A stretch of 64,000 nt of DNA from assembly GCA_965214305.1 (NCBI GenBank), contig OZ243949.1, positions 2,515,962 to 2,579,961 of the forward strand, in the 5' to 3' direction. Below, piece after piece: positions 57,700 through 64,000 of this stretch; within the stretch, counting starts at the first letter, position 1, and each line of letters begins with the position of its first letter. The translations under genes and the position numbers were made by a program. The stretch comes from Pseudomonadales bacterium. GTDB lineage: Bacteria > Pseudomonadota > Gammaproteobacteria > Pseudomonadales > Azotimanducaceae. Below the pieces are notes generated by a model. The model did no database searches and was not told the origin of the DNA. It saw only the letters and a program-made list of their open reading frames with translations.

Positions 57700-59088
57700 A
57701 TGGCTCGGCCTTCGATCAAATGGATTGCCCTGCTGGTTGGCCCCCTCGCGGGCTTTGCCGCTTGGTTCGCCATGCTGGCCGCGGGTTCGGCGCCGGCCGC
57801 GGCGGTCACGCTCGGCGTTACCCTGTTTTGCGTCATTTGGTGGGTGTTCGAGCCCATTCCGATTCCCGCCACGTCCCTGGTGCCCTTTGCCCTGTTGCCC
57901 ATGTTTGGCGTCATTACCGGTGCCGAGGCGGGGCAGGCCTACGGCAATCCGCTGGTGCTGCTGCTGCTTGGCGGGTTCATCCTGTCCATGGCCATGGAAC
58001 GCAGCGGTGCGCACCGGCGTATCGCCTTGGCCCTGATGCGCGCGGTGGGCAGCGGCAGCAGCCGTCGCCTGGTGTTCGGCTTTATGATTGCCGCGGCGGT
58101 TTTGTCCATGTGGATTTCCAATACGGCGACGACACTCATGATGTTGCCGGTGGCGTTAGCGGTTTTGGAGCGCGCCCGCGACCCGAAACTGGCCCCGGTG
58201 CTGCTGCTCGGTATTGCCTATGCCGCCAATATTGGCGGGTTGGGCACACCCATCGGTACCCCGCCAAACATGGTCTTTCGCGGTGTTTACGAGGAGACCT
58301 TCGGCATCACCATGGGTTTCGTCGATTGGATGTTGCTGGCCGTACCGGTGGTGCTCGTTCTGTTGCCATTGACGGCCTTGTGGCTCACCCGCTCGATGAC
58401 CTATCGCGGTGCCCTGACGCTGCCGCGCAGCGGCGCCTGGCGCCCCGAGGAAAAGCGTGTATTGACGATATTTGGCCTAACGGCTCTGGCCTGGGTTACC
58501 CGCACCGAACCCATGGGCGGCTGGACGGCGCTGTTTGGCCTGCCCTACACGAACGACGCCATGGTGGCTTTTTTGGGCTCCGTTGTTTTGTTCATCGTGC
58601 CGAACGGCAAGGGCGGGCGCCTGCTCGATTGGGAGACGGCGGCGAAGATACCCTGGGGCGTGCTCATTCTATTCGGCGCGGGGCTGGCCATCGCCGCCGC
58701 CTTCAAGACATCCGGCTTGTCGGAGTCGATTGGCAATGCCGTCTCGATGGTTTCCGTTTGGCCGGTCTTCGTCGTCATTCTCGCCGTTTGCCTTACCGTG
58801 ACCTTTCTCACCGAATCAACCAGCAATACGGCGACCACCTCGCTGCTCATGCCCATTCTTGCCGCCGCCGCTGTCGGTGCCGCCATCGACCCGCGCCTGC
58901 TGATGATTCCGGCCGCCATGAGTGCCAGTTGTGCCTTCATGCTGCCGGTGGCAACCGCCCCCAACGTCATCATGTTCAGTACCGGAAAATTCACCGTGCA
59001 ACGCATGATTCGCGAGGGCTTGGTGCTCAATTTGATCGGCGCTTTGGTGATTGCGTCGCTTTGCTATCTCTATTTTGGTTTGGGCTAG
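57700..59088 (+). CDS. DASS/SLC13 family anion:cation symporter
   Basis: 462 aa. It contains WWVFEPIPIPATSL...SNTATTLMMLPV...ESTSNTATTSLLMPI, the duplicated SNT hairpin motifs. Confidence 0.82.
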   Translation: MARPSIKWIALLVGPLAGFAAWFAMLAAGSAPAAAVTLGVTLFCVIWWVFEPIPIPATSLVPFALLPMFGVITGAEAGQAYGNPLVLLLLGGFILSMAMERSGAHRRIALALMRAVGSGSSRRLVFGFMIAAAVLSMWISNTATTLMMLPVALAVLERARDPKLAPVLLLGIAYAANIGGLGTPIGTPPNMVFRGVYEETFGITMGFVDWMLLAVPVVLVLLPLTALWLTRSMTYRGALTLPRSGAWRPEEKRVLTIFGLTALAWVTRTEPMGGWTALFGLPYTNDAMVAFLGSVVLFIVPNGKGGRLLDWETAAKIPWGVLILFGAGLAIAAAFKTSGLSESIGNAVSMVSVWPVFVVILAVCLTVTFLTESTSNTATTSLLMPILAAAAVGAAIDPRLLMIPAAMSASCAFMLPVATAPNVIMFSTGKFTVQRMIREGLVLNLIGALVIASLCYLYFGLG

Positions 59089-59098
59089 GCAGAGGCGC

Positions 59099-59581
59099 CT
59101 AGCGCCGGGCGTACTTGAGGGGCAACACGGTCGTGTATTTGATGCGTTCCATGGCGAAGCTGGAACTGACGTCGGTGAGTTCGATTGATCGGATCAGGCG
59201 CTGGTAGAAGTCGTCATAGGCGGCGATGTCCGGTACGACCACCCGCATCAGATAGTCCACATCGCCACTCATCCGGTAAAGCTCGATGACTTCCGGGAAG
59301 GCCGCAACGGCTTTCGCGAACGCATCGAGCCATTGGCGGTTGTGCTGGTCGGTGCGGATGGTCACGAAAGCGTCCACCCCAACATTGAGGTGGTCGCGGT
59401 CGAGCAATGCAACCCGCCCGCTAATAACACCCTGCTTCTCCAGATTTTGAATGCGCCGCCAGCAGGGCGTTGTGCTCAAGCCCACCGCCTCGGCGATGTC
59501 CGCAATGGAAAGCGTGGCATCGTGCTGCAGCAGGTCGAGTATCTTGAGGTCGGTGCGGTCTAGGCTGAGGGTCTGTTGCAT
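59099..59581 (-). CDS. Lrp/AsnC family transcriptional regulator
   Basis: It contains LDRTDLKILDLLQHDATLSIADIAEAVGLSTTPCWRRIQNLEKQGVI plus an RAM domain. Confidence 0.88.
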   Translation of the reverse strand: MQQTLSLDRTDLKILDLLQHDATLSIADIAEAVGLSTTPCWRRIQNLEKQGVISGRVALLDRDHLNVGVDAFVTIRTDQHNRQWLDAFAKAVAAFPEVIELYRMSGDVDYLMRVVVPDIAAYDDFYQRLIRSIELTDVSSSFAMERIKYTTVLPLKYARR

Positions 59582-59774
59582 GGGTTCGCTCCAAAATTAT
59601 ACGTTCAGCCAAGCCGGGCGGCGGCGCCCATGAAAACGATCGCGCCGCCGGACACGGGCGGGGGCAACCCCTTGTTCGCAAAATTTGGTGAGGCATAAAG
59701 GCTAGAAAAATATTTTCTACTTCTAGCAGATAATAGCGATACTTGGAATATTATTTCCTCTCTTATGGGATACC

Positions 59775-60041
59775 ATGCTTCTGCATCGGCAAATTGGTGT
59801 GCATCGTATGAATCGACTGGGCGATCATTTGCAAGAGGTTGGCGAAACCTATCCGCAACACCTGAAGAAAGCCGCCGGCTTTGGCATTGCGATGTTGTGG
59901 GGCGGCTTGGCTTGCTTGATGCACGCCCTGTTTCCCTTCTTGTTCGTTCGAACCGGTAGCGACTGTGTTCGGCGTTTGCACGGGGAAATGATCGAGAACC
60001 GCACCCGGCGTTCTCGTCTCCAGGCACCCAAACCGGCCTAG
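59775..60041 (+). CDS. Small membrane protein with a VGETY..H motif (DUF6356-like, from memory)
   Basis: 88 aa, containing VGETYPQHLKKAAGFGIAMLWGGLACLMHALFPFLF. It is divergent from the Lrp gene. The start may be 59808. Confidence 0.45.
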   Translation: MLLHRQIGVHRMNRLGDHLQEVGETYPQHLKKAAGFGIAMLWGGLACLMHALFPFLFVRTGSDCVRRLHGEMIENRTRRSRLQAPKPA

Positions 60042-60200
60042 GCGCCTCTGCCTTCGGGATTCGCGGCTGCAAATCCGCGCTCATCCGCCCCGTCGGCCGC
60101 TCGATTTCGTTGCATATGGCATGATATTCGCCTCAATCGGTCGACGGGACCTGTGAGCGCGGATTTTCGCTTTCGCGACTTCCTTCGGCGCAGGCCCTGG
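60038..60200. repeat. REP-B full-length element (about 163 bp)
   Basis: CTAGGCGCCTCTGCCTTCGGGATTCGCGGC...GCGACTTCCTTCGGCGCAGGCCCTGG. It is the sister copy of 45867-46028. Confidence 0.8.
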
Positions 60201-60435
60201 CCCGCCGATCTCAGCAACGCTCTTATAAGCAAGCGGTGCCCCCTCGCGCTCTCCGGCTGAGGGTTCCGCCAGCGCTCCATCCGTAAGGGAAGCCGCAAAG
60301 GCCAACGCGCTACCGAATGTTATGCTTCCCATGCAACTCGGAGACCGAAGCTCAAGCCGGCGCCTCGTGGGGGTGTTTGCCGGTTTGAGTGCTCAGGGGC
60401 CGCTGATTGAACCGCATCAGACAAGGAGTTGAATC

Positions 60436-61668
60436 TTGAAGCAGATGCCGCGAGGCTCGAACCCGTCCTCCGCCGTGCTCAATTTCATACGTCTCGAATC
60501 CCTGGGCGGCATGCTGCTGATCGTGGCGACGAGCCTAGCCATGATCGTCGCCAATACACCGCTTGCCGGTGCCTACGCATGGCTGTTCGACACCCGCCTG
60601 GTGGTCAGCCTGGGCACCGCCGGTATCGACAAACCGCTGTTACTCTGGATCAACGATGGCCTGATGGCCATTTTCTTTCTGTTGATTGGCCTGGAGATCA
60701 AACGCGAAGTTCTTGAGGGTGAGCTTTCGTCCATCGCCCGCGTCGCCCTTCCCGCTATTGGGGCGCTGGGCGGCATCCTTGGTCCGGCTTGCATCTACGC
60801 GGCCTTCAATTGGCGGGATGCGGGTGCCATGAACGGCTGGGCCATTCCGGTGGCCACGGATATCGCCTTTGCCCTGGCCCTGCTCGGCGCATTCGGCAGC
60901 CGCGTTCCGGTTTCGCTCAAGGCGTTTTTGCTCGCGCTCGCCATTTTCGACGACATGGCGGCCATCGCCATCATCGCCCTGTTTTATGCCGGTGACCTCT
61001 CTCTTGGCATGCTGCTGGCGGCGGGCCTTGCCTTGCTTGCGGCCATCATCCTGAACCGCTTGGGCGTAACCAGCATCACCGCCTATATTCTGGTGGGCAT
61101 CGTGCTTTGGGTCGCGCTGCTGAAGTCCGGGGTACATGCAACCTTTGCGGGCGTGCTGATCGCCTTCTGCATCCCAATGTACTCGGCGGGCGACCGTTCG
61201 CCGTTGCGGGAACTGGAACAGGATCTGCACACGCCCGTTGCCCTGGCCGTTCTACCGATTTTCGCGTTCGCGAACGCGGGCATTTCCTTCTCCGGCATTG
61301 GCGTCGGGGATTTGACAAACCCCGTTACCCTGGGTATTGCCGTCGGGCTGCTGTTCGGCAATCCGATCGGCATTCTCGGATTCATCTCGATGGCGGTGCT
61401 CTTGCGCTGGGTGTCGCTGCCCGCCGGTGTCACCTGGCCGCAGCTCGCCGGCACCGCCTTTATTTGCGGAATCGGCTTCACAATGAGCCTCTTTATCGCC
61501 GGGCTCGCGTTCGAACATACGCACGACACCCATTGGTTTGCCGACAAGCTTGGCATTCTGCTCGGCTCTCTGGGTGCCGCCCTGGTTGGCTACGGCTTGC
61601 TCGCGCTGAGCCTGCCCCGGCGTCGGCATGGAAACCCGAAGCAACCCAAGGCGACGGATACGCTATAG
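60436..61668 (+). CDS. nhaA: Na+/H+ antiporter NhaA
   Basis: It contains WINDGLMAIFFLLIGLEIKRE and ALAIFDDMAAI. An AAGGAG RBS lies 7 nt before the TTG start; an alternative ATG is at 60445. Confidence 0.92.
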   Translation: MKQMPRGSNPSSAVLNFIRLESLGGMLLIVATSLAMIVANTPLAGAYAWLFDTRLVVSLGTAGIDKPLLLWINDGLMAIFFLLIGLEIKREVLEGELSSIARVALPAIGALGGILGPACIYAAFNWRDAGAMNGWAIPVATDIAFALALLGAFGSRVPVSLKAFLLALAIFDDMAAIAIIALFYAGDLSLGMLLAAGLALLAAIILNRLGVTSITAYILVGIVLWVALLKSGVHATFAGVLIAFCIPMYSAGDRSPLRELEQDLHTPVALAVLPIFAFANAGISFSGIGVGDLTNPVTLGIAVGLLFGNPIGILGFISMAVLLRWVSLPAGVTWPQLAGTAFICGIGFTMSLFIAGLAFEHTHDTHWFADKLGILLGSLGAALVGYGLLALSLPRRRHGNPKQPKATDTL

Positions 61669-61866
61669 TTCCCCGGTATTTTTTAATGAACTGATCCGCA
61701 CGATCAGAACTCAGGCTTGAGGGCGGCTTCCGGATCTCAAATTTCAAACTGGGATACTATCCCCTTGTCGATTCGCTTTCGCCGATACGAATTTTTCTAC
61801 ACAATTCCCATTTTTTACTCGTCCTGCATGCGGGTCGGTTGGTCTTATCCGTTCTCGGAGAAACAA

Positions 61867-62099
61867 ATGCGAGAGAATTTGACGCGCCTTGGTGTCCTGA
61901 CGTTTTTGTTGCTGACGAACCCTCCGGTTGCGGCGCAGCAGCAGGATACGGGCGCTACCGGTTCGCGCTTTGGGGCAAAAATCTGTCCGATAACATCGAA
62001 CGCTTGGGCGGCACGCCGGTGGCCACCCTGTTTGCCTTCGCCGCGCCAACCCAACCGCGCCAATACGGAGCAACGCTGGTGGTGTCATTGATGCGGTGA
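61867..62099 (+). pseudogene. TonB-dependent receptor remnant (signal peptide fused to the last roughly 45 codons)
   Basis: MRENLTRLGVLTFLLLTNPPVAAQQQ is in one frame. ALWGKNLSDNIE...PTQPRQYGATLVVSL is in another frame and ends at 62099. Almost the whole barrel is absent. Confidence 0.4.
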
Positions 62100-62130
62100 G
62101 GGCCTGGGCTCCCTATGCGATGAGACGGGC

Positions 62131-62868
62131 ATGACCGGAGTGTTGGCAACATTGGGGCGCGGCCTTTTTGATGCGCTAAAAGACCTCGCGCCCATCATCC
62201 TTGTCATCGCCTTCTTTCAGGTTGTTGTATTGCAGCAGCCCTTCCCCAATTTGGCGGGGATTCTGGTCGGGCTCGTTTGTGTCATCGTTGGTCTGACCCT
62301 GTTCGTGCAAGGCTTGGAAACCGGCCTGTTCCCGCTCGGCGAAGAGATCGCCCATGAATTCGCGAACAAGGGCAGCTTATCGGCCTTGCTTGCCTTTGCA
62401 TTTTGCCTGGGTTTCGGCACCACCGTGGCGGAGCCGGCATTGATAGCGGTGGCGGCGGAAGCGGCGGCGGTGGCGGCGGAAGCCGGCGTCATCGGGGCGG
62501 GTGACTCGGCCCGGACGGAATACGCCTTTAATCTGCGCATGGTGGTGGCCGTATCGGTCGGGACGGCCATCGTGCTGGGCGTCATACGCATCCTCAAAGG
62601 TTGGCCCATCCACCGTTTCATTATCGGCGGCTATGTCCTGGTGACGACCATGACGCTGTTCGCGCCCGATGAAATCATTGGCGTGGCCTACGACTCGGGC
62701 GGCGTGACCACCAGTACCATCACCGTGCCCCTGGTTACGGCGCTCGGTGTTGGCTTGGCCAAATGCATCAAAGGCCGCAACCCCATGATCGATGGATTTG
62801 GGCTAATCGCCTTTGCGAGCCTAACGCCCATGATCTTCGTGCTCGGCTACGGCATGGTGATGCAATGA
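62131..62868 (+). CDS. DUF1538 family membrane protein
   Basis: 245 aa. It contains [13 protein letters not shown]...[18 protein letters not shown]...[15 protein letters not shown]. Confidence 0.8.
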   Translation: MTGVLATLGRGLFDALKDLAPIILVIAFFQVVVLQQPFPNLAGILVGLVCVIVGLTLFVQGLETGLFPLGEEIAHEFANKGSLSALLAFAFCLGFGTTVAEPALIAVAAEAAAVAAEAGVIGAGDSARTEYAFNLRMVVAVSVGTAIVLGVIRILKGWPIHRFIIGGYVLVTTMTLFAPDEIIGVAYDSGGVTTSTITVPLVTALGVGLAKCIKGRNPMIDGFGLIAFASLTPMIFVLGYGMVMQ

Positions 62869-63740
62869 TGCAATTTCTGAGTCATCTTGCCGACACGGCG
62901 TTATCGACGGTGGTGGATGTGGCGCCGATCGTTGCGGTGCTGGTTTTCTTCCAGGTTGTCGTGCTGCGTCGGCGCTTGCCCAACCTTGGCCGTATCGTCG
63001 CCGGATTCGTCTATGTGCTCATTGGTCTCACTCTGTTTCTCATCGGCTTGGAGGACGCTTTGTTTCCAATCGGCGAAACCATGGCCCGGCAACTGACGGC
63101 GGTGGGTGCGGACGGCCTTACCGCCTTGGGCGATGCGGTGCCTGCGGTGGCTGTTGGTAATAGCGGTTCTGTGGTGGGTGGCCCGGCGGAGGCGCTTGCC
63201 AAGATTGCCGATGCGACCGCGGCCGTGGTTTGGGACGACTACCTTCTGGTCTACGCCTTTGCGGCGGCGATTGGCTTTGCTACCACGGTTGCCGAACCGT
63301 CTCTGATCGCGGTATCGCTGAAGGCCGAAGAGGTTTCCGGCGGCGCCGTGAATGCCTGGGGGTTGCGGTTGGCCGTGGCGGTCGGGGTGGCTGTGGGCGT
63401 GGCGCTTGGTTGCTTCCGCATTGTTACCGGCACGCCCCTGCCCTGGTACATCGTGGCTGCCTATGTGGTGGTGATCCTGCAAACATTTGGTTCGAGCCGC
63501 TCCATCGTTCCCTTGGCCTACGACAGCGGCGGCGTGACCACCTCGACAGTGACCGTGCCCGTGGTGGCGGCGCTCGGCCTGGGGCTTGCCGCCAGCGTTC
63601 CGGGCCGCAGCCCCCTAATCGACGGCTTTGGCCTGATTGCCTTCGCCAGCGTCTTTCCCATCATATCGGTGCTTGGTTATGCCATGATCGCCACCCGGCT
63701 AAATCGGCGTCGCATCCCCACTCCTGAATTGGAACTCTAA
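62865..63740 (+). CDS. DUF1538 family membrane protein (paralogue)
   Basis: MMQFLSHL...[13 protein letters not shown]...[18 protein letters not shown]...[15 protein letters not shown]. It has an ATGA overlap with the upstream paralogue. The start is trimmed from 62763. Confidence 0.8.
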   Translation: MMQFLSHLADTALSTVVDVAPIVAVLVFFQVVVLRRRLPNLGRIVAGFVYVLIGLTLFLIGLEDALFPIGETMARQLTAVGADGLTALGDAVPAVAVGNSGSVVGGPAEALAKIADATAAVVWDDYLLVYAFAAAIGFATTVAEPSLIAVSLKAEEVSGGAVNAWGLRLAVAVGVAVGVALGCFRIVTGTPLPWYIVAAYVVVILQTFGSSRSIVPLAYDSGGVTTSTVTVPVVAALGLGLAASVPGRSPLIDGFGLIAFASVFPIISVLGYAMIATRLNRRRIPTPELEL

Positions 63741-63743
63741 GCC

Positions 63744-64000
63744 ATGCAACTCAAATTGCTCCTAACCCTTGTGGACCACGATAAGACCGATACGGTCATC
63801 GCGGCGGCGCGCGGCGCTGGCGCAACCGGTGCGACAGTCATCAGCAGCGCTCGCGGCGAGGGGCGGTCTCCGAAAAAGACCTTTCTCGGCCTTGAGGTGG
63901 AAGCCAAGCGAGATGTTTTGTTGTTTTTGGTGGCGGCCCCACTCGCTCGCAAGATTCTCGAGCGCATTCGCGATGCCGGACGTTTCGACGGGGAGCCGGG
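63744..64000 (+). CDS. P-II-like signal-transduction protein, 3' end outside window
   Basis: An ATG at 63744 opens a frame that runs to the window edge: MQLKLLLTLVDHDKTDTVIAAARGAGATGATVISSARGEG. This resembles the PII-like proteins that accompany DUF1538 pairs. Confidence 0.5.
   Translation, partial: MQLKLLLTLVDHDKTDTVIAAARGAGATGATVISSARGEGRSPKKTFLGLEVEAKRDVLLFLVAAPLARKILERIRDAGRFDGEP

Overview
This is a 64-kb GC-rich chromosomal segment (about 60% GC by eye) with gammaproteobacterial-type gene content. The backbone is housekeeping: lgt-thyA, aceK, modABC-comF, an acyl-CoA dehydrogenase, mpl, a PPi-dependent phosphofructokinase (pfp) convergent with an H+-pyrophosphatase (hppA), two TonB-dependent receptors, aroQ-purH-purD, dinG, ccoNOQP (cbb3 oxidase), hemH, NhaC-like/DASS/NhaA transporters, and a DUF1538-DUF1538-PII-like trio at the right edge. 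I recognised no rRNA, tRNA or CRISPR array. Five things stand out. (1) A decayed accessory tract at 4.4-9.4 kb is bounded by 26-nt IS1595-type inverted repeats with matching 8-bp flanks. Inside it, a 140-bp portable promoter/RBS/start-codon module is fused to two unrelated secreted-protein genes. One of these carries a 33-nt poly-C tract that currently puts it out of frame, so it looks phase-variable. (2) A 1284-aa lipoprotein is built from three 400-aa repeats at an exact 1200-bp period. Repeats 2 and 3 share 724 bp of perfect nucleotide identity, and the gene sits directly upstream of a TonB-dependent receptor. (3) Three families of small non-coding repeats are present: an 89-bp MITE with 8-bp target duplications, a roughly 163-bp REP/MITE family with many solo halves, and a 120-bp hairpin element. 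Some of them supply stop codons or sit at gene truncation points. (4) There are many gene remnants: R-M system, Bcr, LplT-acyltransferase, IS630, IS1595, RhuM, dsbD and a TBDR. (5) An uncharacterised cluster downstream of ccoNOQP encodes a GT-C-like membrane protein, a small secreted protein, an outer-membrane barrel, a GT2 and a DUF547 protein. All family assignments come from reading the translations, with no database search. Start codons are best guesses.
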